From a virus (taxonomy: Duplodnaviria; Caudoviricetes), in IMG/VR virus record IMGVR_UViG_3300033067_000910, positions 6,023 through 70,022 of that record: 64,000 nt of DNA; one strand, written 5' to 3'. Position numbers and translations under genes: made by a program. Shown here piece by piece: positions 36,817-46,501 of this stretch (positions within the stretch are counted from its first letter, which is position 1; each line of letters starts with the position of its first letter). Below the pieces are notes generated by a model that saw only the letters and a program-made list of their open reading frames with translations, had not been told where the DNA came from and searched no databases.

Positions 36817-38347
36817 AGCCGAGCACCTTGGCTGTTTCAGGTTGGATCATGATGATAATCTTGCCGAGAAAATAGTTACCGCCGAGCAGGTTGCTGTCGA
36901 ACTTGAAACTAACGATTCTATGTGTGTTTCGGATAGGGATAACCTGCTGGATGGTGGTCGGGGAGACGTAGATGGTGTAGTCAGTCTCGATTGCAGTGCT
37001 GCGAGCATTTGAGCGACCAACCACCGTGAGTATCATGTTGCCAGACTGATCTAAGTCCGGCTCCATGCGCGTAATCATCATATCACGGTCCATGGCGTTC
37101 TGCGGCAGATCAATAAACGATATCTCTTTGGTTTGAACATAGCTTTCGATTGCCGCAGTCACCGCGCCATCAATACGGTCCAAGCCATATTCGTGCTGCC
37201 AGAGTACATAATTCAGCGACGTAGAGTCCTGCACTACACCAGCCATGATAGGATAGCTGTAGACAACAGGATATTGACCCCATGCTCGACCGCTATCGGG
37301 CAGAATGGTATCGTACCAGCAGTTTTCACGATAGTTGAATACGAGAGCATGTGTGCATTCGGTAGCGTTCCCATAAGGGAAGCACCACCAGATCTCACCA
37401 TATTTGGGAACCTTCGTAGCGTACACCTTCTGACGCTGTGCCATATTGATGTTGTCGAAGAACCAGTTTAACGACTGGACATTGGGAATTTCACGGATAA
37501 CCCCATTGAAGCTGAGAAAGCGGTCGACTCCGGCCCAATAATAGATACCATCGTGTTCGATAACACTGGCGGCGGAGAGAATTGATGAGTTTGTAGTAAG
37601 TTCGTCGAACTGCCATGTCCCACTGGTCGTGGAGGTAAAGGTAGCACGAACAACGGCGTCCAAACTCCATAGGAGAAATCCCGGACCGGACGAGGAACCA
37701 CGAAGCGGCAAGCCACGGACGATCTTTTGAGAGGTGACATAGCCTGATCCCGAACCTACGTTAGTCCAATCTGTCGCATTGCCGGGTACGTTCCACTGAA
37801 CGAAACCGTCAGAACCAAAGAATATGATATAAGGGTGAACTACGACAACTCCCCCGCTCATAGCGGTAGCTGTCGTATCTGCCATGGCCGCAGCGAAGTT
37901 GGTCATTTCGCCGTACCACAACTTTGTCGTCGTGCTGCTGCTGATGTCAGCAGCATTCGGTGCGGCATGAGCTACGATGTAGGTTTTGTTGACGACCGTA
38001 TCACGATAGACGTCAAACTGCCACATATTGTTTGGATCGCTGACAAATCCAGCGGGTGTTCGTGTAGTAAGCGTGGAGACATTGCCCGCATTGTCAATCG
38101 TCATTGCGTTCAATTGCGTGGCAAAGCCGAGATGAAGATAATTAAATCCCGCCTTGCTCCACATGTAGCCGCCCCGCACGATGCTGGGGAGCAGCTTGGT
38201 CAGCACTCTGTAGCCGCCCATCTTGCGGGCACGACCGTTCTGCCAACGTGCCCATTTGCCATCAACAAATGAGTCACAGTCGAACTGAGTCCCATCCCTC
38301 TGGATGCCAGACTTAATGTCGAGAACAAGGGGTTGTGCTTCAGGCAT
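36806..38347 (-). CDS. tail tubular protein B / nozzle (beta-propeller)
   Basis: 513 aa, beta-rich repeats, YGEIWWCFP; position after the fibre gene. Confidence 0.7.
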   Translation of the reverse strand: MPEAQPLVLDIKSGIQRDGTQFDCDSFVDGKWARWQNGRARKMGGYRVLTKLLPSIVRGGYMWSKAGFNYLHLGFATQLNAMTIDNAGNVSTLTTRTPAGFVSDPNNMWQFDVYRDTVVNKTYIVAHAAPNAADISSSTTTKLWYGEMTNFAAAMADTTATAMSGGVVVVHPYIIFFGSDGFVQWNVPGNATDWTNVGSGSGYVTSQKIVRGLPLRGSSSGPGFLLWSLDAVVRATFTSTTSGTWQFDELTTNSSILSAASVIEHDGIYYWAGVDRFLSFNGVIREIPNVQSLNWFFDNINMAQRQKVYATKVPKYGEIWWCFPYGNATECTHALVFNYRENCWYDTILPDSGRAWGQYPVVYSYPIMAGVVQDSTSLNYVLWQHEYGLDRIDGAVTAAIESYVQTKEISFIDLPQNAMDRDMMITRMEPDLDQSGNMILTVVGRSNARSTAIETDYTIYVSPTTIQQVIPIRNTHRIVSFKFDSNLLGGNYFLGKIIIMIQPETAKVLGYGG

Positions 38348-38350
38348 TGA

Positions 38351-38461
38351 TCAGCATTTCGTCTTATTGTACACGCACTTGACGCCAAGATAGAGATCAC
38401 TACCTTCTTGTCGACAAGCAGCAGTACCGAGCAGTATCGCGAGGATAAGAAGATATTTCAT
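38351..38461 (-). CDS. small lipoprotein (not in ORF track)
   Basis: MKYLLILAILLGTAAC-RQEGSDLYLGVKCVYNKTKC, 36 aa with lipobox. Confidence 0.6.
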   Translation of the reverse strand: MKYLLILAILLGTAACRQEGSDLYLGVKCVYNKTKC

Positions 38462-38464
38462 GGC

Positions 38465-40312
38465 TTACTCCACCACGATGAAGTAGAAGGCGAAGTCAGT
38501 GTCGCCCGCACCGTTAGAGCGAGTGCGAATACCAAATTGCGTCGTTGTTTTCGACACGCTAGTGTTTTCGGCGGCGATACCCTGGACGCCGATGCACATG
38601 GCGATGATGGCGTAGTTCGTGTCAGGCATTGTCGGGACGGTTATCGTGTACTGACCAGTGGCTGTGCGAGAGCATGAGACACTACTGCTGCTCGCATTGA
38701 CGGCGCCACCCGAAGAGATGTAACCCCACGCACGGATTGGGTTGATAATATTCAGTGTGACAGATCCGGACGAGCCACCGCCAGATAGACCCGTACCAGC
38801 ATTCACGGCAGTGATGGTGCCTGTGAACGAATTAGTCAGCACCGTACCGACCATTGATAGGCCGGATAGGGTGATGTCTGTAATGGTTGCGCTTGATGCT
38901 CCAGAACCAAGCAGTCGGCCGTTACCACCCATGGAGCCGAGCGTGATGGTGCGGTTGGCCGACAGGTCGCCGCCGCCCGACGTATAGCCGGAGGTGAGGA
39001 CCGAGCGGCCCGTGCCAATCTGAGTCCACACGGCGGCGGCATTGGCCGCTACGAAAATAGCGTCACCTACCGTAGTGGATCCCAGCGTGGTACGAGCCGA
39101 GGCTGCGGTCGCCGCAGTGAACAAGCTATCGCCCACCGCACCGCTGCCGATAGCGGTGCGAGCCGCCGCCGTAGTCGCTGCGGTGAACACGGCATTGCCG
39201 ATGGATGTAGCACCCAGATTGGTACGTGCCGAGCTAGCTGTCGTAGCTCCTGTACCCCCGTCGACCACTGCCAGAGGACTAGCGAAACTGCCGGTGTCAG
39301 CATCTACAACGCCGGAGCCATCCGTATACAGGATGTACCTACTACCAGTCGGGACAACGACCCCGCTCCCAGCCGCTGTCTTGACAGTGAGGGTAAATGC
39401 ACCTGTCGTCGAGTTGTCTATCCAATACTGAGCGACCGTAGTTGGGACAATGATATTCCTCGCACCCGTGAGAGTGCCTGTGAGCTTGTAGCCCACTTGG
39501 TTGAGCTGACCCGCCGAGAGCGTGTAGTCGCCGGTTCCGCTGACGTCGATAGATAACAGTGCGAAGGAGCCACCCGACAACGCCCTGCCGTATCCGAATG
39601 TGTACCATCCGGTGCCATCGCACATGAACCATGCAGACTCACCTACGGCAAGAGTGAAACTGGTTGCAGATCCATTGATTACGTCCGAGCCTGCGCGATT
39701 AACAGCTAGAGACCCAGAACCACTGTTGCGAATGCAGAAATAGAATCCATTGGTCGCGGTACCTGCTTGAATCAGCGTAACAGTACCACTACCACCAGTC
39801 CAGTTCTTATAACGAGCACGGTCAGACGTACCGATAGTGTAGTTCGTATTGAGACTGTCGACAGGGGCGTCAAGCGTAAGTAGACTGCCCGCAGCGATAA
39901 GACCGGTTCCAGCGAGGCTCGCCGCATTGACGGAAGCAGAGCCAGCACCCATCTGAAAGATGAGCCACGTTCCCGCTGCGGTAGAGTTGTCCTTGCAGAC
40001 AAAGATCCACGCTGCTCCTGCCGCAACCGTAGCCCTGACAGTACCGCCAGCATCTTTAACGAAATAACTGTTGGAGCCAGAATTGTAGAAAGTGACAGCA
40101 TACCCCGTAGAAATACCTACGGCGGAAGCCATGGTGATATTGACACTGGAGGCTGTCGTGATGATATCCATCACAGCGCCAGCAACATTCCCCCCGGCAT
40201 TGGCTTCACGAGGCCACACCAAAGTCGCATCGACCGCCGTGGTCAGGGTGTTATAGCTCACATCACCGGGGAGGATAGTCCCGCCACCGAAAACCTGCGA
40301 ATAAGAGGGCAT
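38465..40312 (-). CDS. tail fibre/spike protein
   Basis: 615 aa, Thr/Gly/Ala-rich; GGTGATTASSARTNLG fibre motif; C-terminal receptor-binding-like domain. Confidence 0.75.
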   Translation of the reverse strand: MPSYSQVFGGGTILPGDVSYNTLTTAVDATLVWPREANAGGNVAGAVMDIITTASSVNITMASAVGISTGYAVTFYNSGSNSYFVKDAGGTVRATVAAGAAWIFVCKDNSTAAGTWLIFQMGAGSASVNAASLAGTGLIAAGSLLTLDAPVDSLNTNYTIGTSDRARYKNWTGGSGTVTLIQAGTATNGFYFCIRNSGSGSLAVNRAGSDVINGSATSFTLAVGESAWFMCDGTGWYTFGYGRALSGGSFALLSIDVSGTGDYTLSAGQLNQVGYKLTGTLTGARNIIVPTTVAQYWIDNSTTGAFTLTVKTAAGSGVVVPTGSRYILYTDGSGVVDADTGSFASPLAVVDGGTGATTASSARTNLGATSIGNAVFTAATTAAARTAIGSGAVGDSLFTAATAASARTTLGSTTVGDAIFVAANAAAVWTQIGTGRSVLTSGYTSGGGDLSANRTITLGSMGGNGRLLGSGASSATITDITLSGLSMVGTVLTNSFTGTITAVNAGTGLSGGGSSGSVTLNIINPIRAWGYISSGGAVNASSSSVSCSRTATGQYTITVPTMPDTNYAIIAMCIGVQGIAAENTSVSKTTTQFGIRTRSNGAGDTDFAFYFIVVE

Positions 40313-40959
40313 TACGGCTTCCTCCGGGACGTGGTACGGTCTACGATCTTTTCCAGATCCTCACCGTTAAGAGAGCCCATACGTTGAGCGTAATCATCAG
40401 TCCATATCTGTGTGCGTGGATCATCTCGCAAATACTTGGAGAGTTCCATCATGCACGCAGCGAATAGCACTTCGGGCGCGTAGTCTGTCCACCAATTCGT
40501 CTGATTAGAATCAGCCAAATAGGGTGGAAGCTGATAATAATTCAACTCAAACGGATAGGCTAGGTCGGGCGTCGGCGCCACAATGAAATGTTCGTAGTCA
40601 TAGTCCGCGTAAAATTGAGGAGCTCCCGTAACGGTATCATCCGGAAAGACCATACGGATGTATTCGTAACTACGAGGAAACAACGGGTTCCTTGTATTGT
40701 AGCCTGTCCCAGACCCATAATTAAGACTGACCGTCTCGCGCCAGCGGTCTGGTTTCTGATAGACATTGGTGCTGCCCGAGAAAGTTGCCGTGACCGGGAT
40801 GAGCATCACCTGCACCTTGCAGTCGCGCCCGACAATACGCTCTGCACGGTTGATGATAGTCGGAATCTGATCATAGGTCGTAACGTCATTGCTGCCGCCA
40901 CGTTCTACGTAGCTCTGAAGGTCTGCCACGAGAGTGGCATATGTCATCGTTACTGCCAT
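40312..40959 (-). CDS. head-tail adaptor / tail tubular protein
   Basis: MTYATL...I..AE..V..D...APTPD..Y..EL.YY motif typical of podovirus adaptors. Confidence 0.7.
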   Translation of the reverse strand: MAVTMTYATLVADLQSYVERGGSNDVTTYDQIPTIINRAERIVGRDCKVQVMLIPVTATFSGSTNVYQKPDRWRETVSLNYGSGTGYNTRNPLFPRSYEYIRMVFPDDTVTGAPQFYADYDYEHFIVAPTPDLAYPFELNYYQLPPYLADSNQTNWWTDYAPEVLFAACMMELSKYLRDDPRTQIWTDDYAQRMGSLNGEDLEKIVDRTTSRRKP

Positions 40960-41189
40960 GACTTACACCCTAGAGCCTGACCCACTGCATTATATTCTCT
41001 AATCGATTGTACTGTTTCTGGAGCGTCATGCTTGGCGGAATAGCGAATAGGCTTGGCCACCATGCAGAACGGGAGAGTACTCTCCCCCTCAGTGAGAGGG
41101 AGAGCTGTTGTCCCGGTTGAAAGGGTCCTGATCCACGCGCACCCCGCCACCGTTGCGCACAGCAGCGATAGCAGAGTTAGCTTTATCAA
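40950..41189 (-). CDS. o-spanin (Rz1-like lipoprotein)
   Basis: Lipobox VAGC; C..AKPI...ET...I..YNA.G..LGC; overlaps the i-spanin; TTG start inferred. Confidence 0.7.
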   Translation of the reverse strand: MIKLTLLSLLCATVAGCAWIRTLSTGTTALPLTEGESTLPFCMVAKPIRYSAKHDAPETVQSIREYNAVGQALGCKSWQ

Positions 41190-41325
41190 GATCTGTAGAC
41201 CAGTTTCGCATCGAGACATTAATCCTCTCCAGATCGGCTGCGTCCACGGCCTGTCTTTTCGCTGCCATCACTAGCAACAGCCTCGCGATATCCAGCAGAC
41301 CGACAATGAGCGCAGCCCAATTCAT
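41089..41325 (-). CDS. i-spanin (Rz-like)
   Basis: N-terminal TM helix then helical domain; sits in the lysis cassette. Confidence 0.7.
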   Translation of the reverse strand: MNWAALIVGLLDIARLLLVMAAKRQAVDAADLERINVSMRNWSTDLDKANSAIAAVRNGGGVRVDQDPFNRDNSSPSH

Positions 41326-41498
41326 GCTTTTGGCTTACTATTGATCTTCTGGACTACAGACCAGACACCGATCACGATGACGCCAACGGCACCGAGCAAC
41401 GTATTGACCGTATCGCCGTCAGCATAGCCCATCTTGATGGCCCATGCGCCAGCAGTCGCAGCCAGAATCGTGCGGACGACACCCCAGATCGCTTCCAT
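41322..41498 (-). CDS. holin (not in ORF track)
   Basis: 58 aa, two TM segments and a basic C-terminus (QKINSKPKA), directly after the endolysin. Confidence 0.75.
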   Translation of the reverse strand: MEAIWGVVRTILAATAGAWAIKMGYADGDTVNTLLGAVGVIVIGVWSVVQKINSKPKA

Positions 41499-41984
41499 TT
41501 AAGCCTCCGTAACAGACTTCAGCGCACCTGCGACTGAAGTAGGCATAGTGTTGAGGTACACTGGAACCCCGATAGGCCAACGGTATCCACCGATGTCCTT
41601 CAGCTTGAACTCCGCGATGGATACCGAGTTGTTCTGGTTCCCACCGAGGAGATAAATCTTACCGCCAGTCTGCCCGACCACAAAGCCGACATGGCCTCCC
41701 CCGCCCTTGCGGGTTTTCCATGCGATACAACCATAGACAGGAATATTCTGTTGAACACCCCAATTCTTGTAATCTAAAGCCCACAGACTTCCTGTGGATT
41801 TAAGACCCGCTTTGACAAGACAGTGTCCGACGAAAGCAGAGCACCACGCAGTCTCATCATCCTTAACTTCAGGATGCCCAACCGTGTTGAACATCTGCAC
41901 GATGGTCTTGTTGTGCTGAGGGCCGGGGAGTTCCTTTAGGCCCAGATAGCTCTGTGCGATAGCGATCCACGGTGGTTGATTCAT
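41499..41984 (-). CDS. endolysin, NlpC/P60-like (TIGR02594 family)
   Basis: PPWIAIA..YLG..E..G, DETAWCSAFV, GGGHVGF...LLGGNQNNSV. Confidence 0.85.
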   Translation of the reverse strand: MNQPPWIAIAQSYLGLKELPGPQHNKTIVQMFNTVGHPEVKDDETAWCSAFVGHCLVKAGLKSTGSLWALDYKNWGVQQNIPVYGCIAWKTRKGGGGHVGFVVGQTGGKIYLLGGNQNNSVSIAEFKLKDIGGYRWPIGVPVYLNTMPTSVAGALKSVTEA

Positions 41985-42253
41985 GACCGCTCACTCCTTA
42001 GAGTGTCGGGAAGGTTAGCGCCAGTAGGTTCAAGGGGAGTATCAGGACGAACAAACTTAAGACTGATATCGGCGTCAGCAGGCGCGAAAGGAAGTCGCCA
42101 AGGATCGTATTCATCGGAGTCCTTTTCGCATACCATTAGACCCGGAGTGTTACCGTCCGGGCGGAGATCGTCTAGCGAGAACTTTTTCTTGCACCGGTCG
42201 CAGATACCGATACCAAGGGTGGTCCTGCCACGAGTGTCGAGAAACTTGCTCAT
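41981..42253 (-). CDS. conserved zinc-ribbon virion-operon protein
   Basis: GICDRC...GLMVC...D..DP. Confidence 0.75.
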   Translation of the reverse strand: MSKFLDTRGRTTLGIGICDRCKKKFSLDDLRPDGNTPGLMVCEKDSDEYDPWRLPFAPADADISLKFVRPDTPLEPTGANLPDTLRSERS

Positions 42254-43233
42254 GCCGTGTACGCCGATAGATCTACATTGATCATGAACGGACCTGGATC
42301 TTCCTCATTGGCCTGCGCCTCGTTGAAAGTCTGCACGGCCAACGGTTGAATCATGCTGAGTCTGTTGGGGTCCGACTCTGGTATATCCATGATAAGATAG
42401 ACGGCGAGGTTATTCACCAACGCCGACCACCAATTCTGTGGAATCTCTGGGTTCTGCAGGAACGTGCCTGGATCCATGATATGACGTCGACGCCAGACCA
42501 CGAGCATGTTGTCGGCATTATTCGGCGTGGGCCAGAGGTACATGGAGGGCGTCAGCCCGCGATAGTACCACCACTGCGTCGGCCTGCCTGTGAACGTCTT
42601 ATCTGGATACGAAGTGTACGTGTCCTGATTAACCGGCACGATAGTGATCTCATTAGGTGAATTACCAAGATACGTGCTGACTACGCTGATGGCAGCAGCC
42701 GTGGTCTCGCGCCAGCGATAATAAAGATATGACGTACCGTTATCGACATCAACCCAACGACGACTGTTCGCCGTATACGTGTAGCTATCACCGGGATAGA
42801 GCGTGGTCCACGCCAAGGCGTCGTTAGAGCCTTCAATCGTAATAGAGAACGTGCCGCCCGCCGACAGAGTGATACCGAACGTCGTAACCTTGGTCGCTGT
42901 GCTGAGAGTGATCGTATAGCGATCAGAAGCGGCAACACCTGTGCCGCTGACCTGAGTCATGGTGCGGTGCATCGCATTCATGACATCGATAGTGCCAGAC
43001 GGTAGCTGCACAATAGCCTGTCCCACCACGTAAGGTAAGACGACTTTCTCGACACACCAAAGCTGAATACCCTTGTTCGTCCATTCCGTAAACAGGAGAG
43101 CGAGGTCCTGCTTCGCAATGGTTAACATCTCGCCGGTGATTTTCTGTGCAGGAATACCTGCACGGCGAAATGCCATATCAAGGATATTGGCGTTGGTGAG
43201 CGCAGTGCTGCCGATAAGGCCCGAGGTTGCCAA
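42250..43233 (-). CDS. tail tubular protein A / adaptor with inserted beta-sandwich
   Basis: AFRRAGI...LLFTEWTNKGIQLW...GRPTQWW...YLWPTP; TTG start inferred after GAGAGG (track gives ATG 43254). Confidence 0.7.
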   Translation of the reverse strand: MATSGLIGSTALTNANILDMAFRRAGIPAQKITGEMLTIAKQDLALLFTEWTNKGIQLWCVEKVVLPYVVGQAIVQLPSGTIDVMNAMHRTMTQVSGTGVAASDRYTITLSTATKVTTFGITLSAGGTFSITIEGSNDALAWTTLYPGDSYTYTANSRRWVDVDNGTSYLYYRWRETTAAAISVVSTYLGNSPNEITIVPVNQDTYTSYPDKTFTGRPTQWWYYRGLTPSMYLWPTPNNADNMLVVWRRRHIMDPGTFLQNPEIPQNWWSALVNNLAVYLIMDIPESDPNRLSMIQPLAVQTFNEAQANEEDPGPFMINVDLSAYTA

Positions 43234-43447
43234 TGCTGATGCCCTCTCATTCAAGCATCAGCCAACCGCTCAGAGGCAGGCTCAATGCAACACATTACCA
43301 CTTGTGTTCACACGCCGACAAGTGCCAGCATATAGAGGCTTACGTCCACCCCCGGCGTCGCTGCGGGCTAGCGGCTACGGTTCACAGCTGGGGGAGGGGA
43401 GGCGGGACTACTGAACGGACACCCGCCAACTCACCCGCGAGCGTAAG

Positions 43448-43702
43448 TTACTTACACCTTCCACCCTTTTTGTAACCCGCTGGGGAGGCGCCCTGTGGCA
43501 CGGCAGCAAAGCCGGTACCCCTACCCGCCGCCCCCTTGGTCAAGGCCGCCAGTGGGCTCGCCAGCCCGGCCAGCGGGGTCGCCATGGGGGCCTTGGCCAC
43601 CACCGGCTTTTTTGGCGGCTTGGCATTGGTCGTGACAGGATGACCACGGCGTTTCATACCGGGGACACCACGCATTGCTCCGAGCTTACCCATATCAATC
43701 AT
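43448..43702 (-). CDS. small basic protein ending GYKKGGRCK
   Basis: 84 aa, Lys/Ala/Pro-rich. Confidence 0.65.
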   Translation of the reverse strand: MIDMGKLGAMRGVPGMKRRGHPVTTNAKPPKKPVVAKAPMATPLAGLASPLAALTKGAAGRGTGFAAVPQGASPAGYKKGGRCK

Positions 43703-45962
43703 CCGTCTGTTTGGTTACGCCGATCTGTGGATAATAGACAGTAATGGTCAGAAATCTACCCGTGACGTATTTACCACCAACTGAGTAGATAGTCGTCCCA
43801 CCACCTCCGCTCGCATCGCTTGTATCATTCGCATTACCAGACTCAGCAACAAAAGCCACGAGCGTGGCTGTATTGGTCTGAGTATCTAGCGCCGAAGCTG
43901 ATTCAGCAATGTTGACTGCGATACTGAGAGCAGCGCTTTGAAGATCAGCAGCGCTCGCAACTTCAGCAACATCGACATTATATGTCGCACCCTGTAGGGC
44001 TGACAAATCGACAGCATTGCCCGCCTCAGAGATCGTCATATTCATGACGATGTTGGCGAGGATAGTCTCAGCCGCTGCCAGTGTTTCAGAGACACTGACG
44101 GGCATGACCATATTGGCGGTAGACGTGTCAGAAGCCGTTCCGCTCTCGCTACATACTCCGAAAATGCTGAGTGCGCAGGCCGGGGAGTCGCTTGCGCTCA
44201 GGGTCTCTGCGACACTGGCCAACAGGAGCAACCCACCCGTGATGGTATCGACAGCCGAACCACTTTCGGATACGGAAACAGGTATGATCAGATTACCATT
44301 CGCCGTATCACTGGCGCTGCCGCTTTCAGTAACCGTGCCGACTAGGACCATGTTATTCGTGATGGTCTCAGCAGCAGTCGCAGTTTCCGACATCGTAGCC
44401 ACAAGGGTCATGATGTTGGTAATGGTCTCCAGCGCAGAAGCCGTCTCGCTGACCGTGACGGGCATGGTCACCGCAGCAGTGACAGTCTCATTCGCTGTAA
44501 CTGTCTCCGGCATATTGACAGACATGATCAGAGCGCCAGATATCGTCTCTAGTGCGGATGCTGTCTCGGCAAGGGTGACCGGCATGGTCATAGTGACAGT
44601 TATGGTCTCTGCCGCCGTTGCCGTCTCCGACAGGCTGACATTGATAACGGTGCCACCACCGACTTGCGGAAACCAGAGAAATGCATTCGGTTGCCATGCT
44701 TGTGAAAGATCTGCACCTGTTGCGGGGGTAGATACAGATAACACGATCATCGCTGCGCTCATATTCGTCTGAGCATTGTATTGTTGAGTAGCGATGATAG
44801 GCCAACGCCCCGAAACAGAATCGTCGAAGGATCCGATATATCCTACGACGCTGGCAGAGCTCTGCTGAACACTGACTGAAGTGTAGGCGGGTGGAACGAT
44901 ATAGCCGGAGTTTGTACTCCCACTGTCAGAAGCAGCGATAATAGCAGACAGACTATAATCTGCAGAGGCAGTACCGCTTGTCAGTGTTAGTGATGTAGAG
45001 GACGCGCCAGACGTAGCCGTGGCATTGGTGTCGTAACCGCTTAACCCAGAGAACTCAACAGCAACGACATTTATCTGAGAACTACCCGCAGATGCGGTAG
45101 CCGTGATTGTAAAACTGGCTCCTGTCGACGTAACAGGGGCAGTCCACAATTCAACCGTAGCCAGACCTGTGGTTTGCTGAGCGCGACGAGTCCACGTATT
45201 GCTCTTGTTATCCGTGACAGTACCCGTGACAGCGGCAGAGCCGTTGTACAGCGCCACCCAAGCGACAAGGAGGTTGCCGCTTGTCGGATTGGTATTGAAT
45301 ACCGATGTGGTACTCGTGACCGCAGCCGCGCGACCTTCTACCGATGCCTGAATTGCACGAATACGCGGCGCAGGAGAATTGATTTCATAGAACCCTACAG
45401 GAGGTTCATACGTCCACGTACCGGCTGTGAAGCGCAGCGTGCCTTGGTCGGCCCGGTTAGGGTTGGCCGAAGTAACGATAACCTTGCGAGCACCTGCTGA
45501 TCCTAACAGTCCAGAGACGCTGATTCCTCCAGTCCCCGTGGCAGGATTAGCCGTAGACGAGTTATTCCAATTGCCACCGTCTACCTTAATCCAGATAAGC
45601 TTATTATCGTCATCCCATGCGGTGCAGATTACCGCACCAACATAGTTACCGAGACCTATGGTCGTAACGACAGCGTTATTGAACCAGACGGTACCTGCTT
45701 CAGAATAATATCCCCAGCTATCCGTCGTGTTTCCTGGAAAGCTGGTCAGCGAAGCGCTGGTCGTAGCGATACCGACAGCAAGAGCTTCTTGTCCCGGTGT
45801 GCGGTTATTGACTACCCATTCAAAATATACTTTTCCAGATACAGTGTCAACAGAACGAGCATCAAAATACGTGACCGCCGCGCCAGTAGACTGCCACGTC
45901 AGATTATTATTTGAAAGAGTTATCGATGCGGATTTATCCGAAGGATTGAGTGATGTAGTCAC
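43695..45962 (-). CDS. fibre-like virion protein: SPRY/ConA-like N-domain plus about 14 x 20-aa repeats
   Basis: LNPSDK...ITLSNNNL...GKVYFE...GIA...DSWGY SPRY signature; E-[TS]-x-[ST]-A-x-[ED]-T repeats with period 20. Confidence 0.75.
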   Translation of the reverse strand: MTTSLNPSDKSASITLSNNNLTWQSTGAAVTYFDARSVDTVSGKVYFEWVVNNRTPGQEALAVGIATTSASLTSFPGNTTDSWGYYSEAGTVWFNNAVVTTIGLGNYVGAVICTAWDDDNKLIWIKVDGGNWNNSSTANPATGTGGISVSGLLGSAGARKVIVTSANPNRADQGTLRFTAGTWTYEPPVGFYEINSPAPRIRAIQASVEGRAAAVTSTTSVFNTNPTSGNLLVAWVALYNGSAAVTGTVTDNKSNTWTRRAQQTTGLATVELWTAPVTSTGASFTITATASAGSSQINVVAVEFSGLSGYDTNATATSGASSTSLTLTSGTASADYSLSAIIAASDSGSTNSGYIVPPAYTSVSVQQSSASVVGYIGSFDDSVSGRWPIIATQQYNAQTNMSAAMIVLSVSTPATGADLSQAWQPNAFLWFPQVGGGTVINVSLSETATAAETITVTMTMPVTLAETASALETISGALIMSVNMPETVTANETVTAAVTMPVTVSETASALETITNIMTLVATMSETATAAETITNNMVLVGTVTESGSASDTANGNLIIPVSVSESGSAVDTITGGLLLLASVAETLSASDSPACALSIFGVCSESGTASDTSTANMVMPVSVSETLAAAETILANIVMNMTISEAGNAVDLSALQGATYNVDVAEVASAADLQSAALSIAVNIAESASALDTQTNTATLVAFVAESGNANDTSDASGGGGTTIYSVGGKYVTGRFLTITVYYPQIGVTKQTDD

Positions 45963-45964
45963 AC

Positions 45965-46501
45965 CTACCTCTTGGTTAGAGTGGCGTGTAAATCCTGAGC
46001 GGCTTCTTTGTAAAAACTGACCGCAAAAGACTGAAACTCAGGGTTGCGTGTCAGCAGTGAATTGTGCAAGGAATATCCCCACGTAGTGGTAAAGTCGCAA
46101 GTATAGCCACCGGGCCAGTTTTGACCATCAGAATGAGGAGCATTCGTATCGCGCCACTGCTTGTCTAAGTAGTAGAACGTAAACTCGCTCACCGGAGGCC
46201 ACTGGTGAGTAGGATCACCGTAAGCACGACAGGAACCCCAATGCGGAGTGATGATAGCAGCCTGCCCACCCGTTTTGAGGATACGATAAAGCTGATTAAA
46301 GAAAAGACATCGCTGCATAGCAGTCAGATGCTCTACGAAGTGGCTTGCATGGGCCTCCTCAACAGAATCATCTTCAAACTGGTTCCAAAAGTGTGGATCG
46401 GTCACGTCGCCTACGATGTCAACACCCTCAAAGGGGTATTGATCGACACCCGTGAACTCGGCTTTTTTATTCGGACCACACCCAAAATCGAGCTTCACCA
46501 C
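45965..46501 (-). CDS. class I SAM-dependent methyltransferase
   Basis: LDFGCG, GVD, DIVGDV, DSVEE...SHFVEHL, YRILK.GG...TPH...DPTH. Confidence 0.88.
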   Translation of the reverse strand: MVKLDFGCGPNKKAEFTGVDQYPFEGVDIVGDVTDPHFWNQFEDDSVEEAHASHFVEHLTAMQRCLFFNQLYRILKTGGQAAIITPHWGSCRAYGDPTHQWPPVSEFTFYYLDKQWRDTNAPHSDGQNWPGGYTCDFTTTWGYSLHNSLLTRNPEFQSFAVSFYKEAAQDLHATLTKR

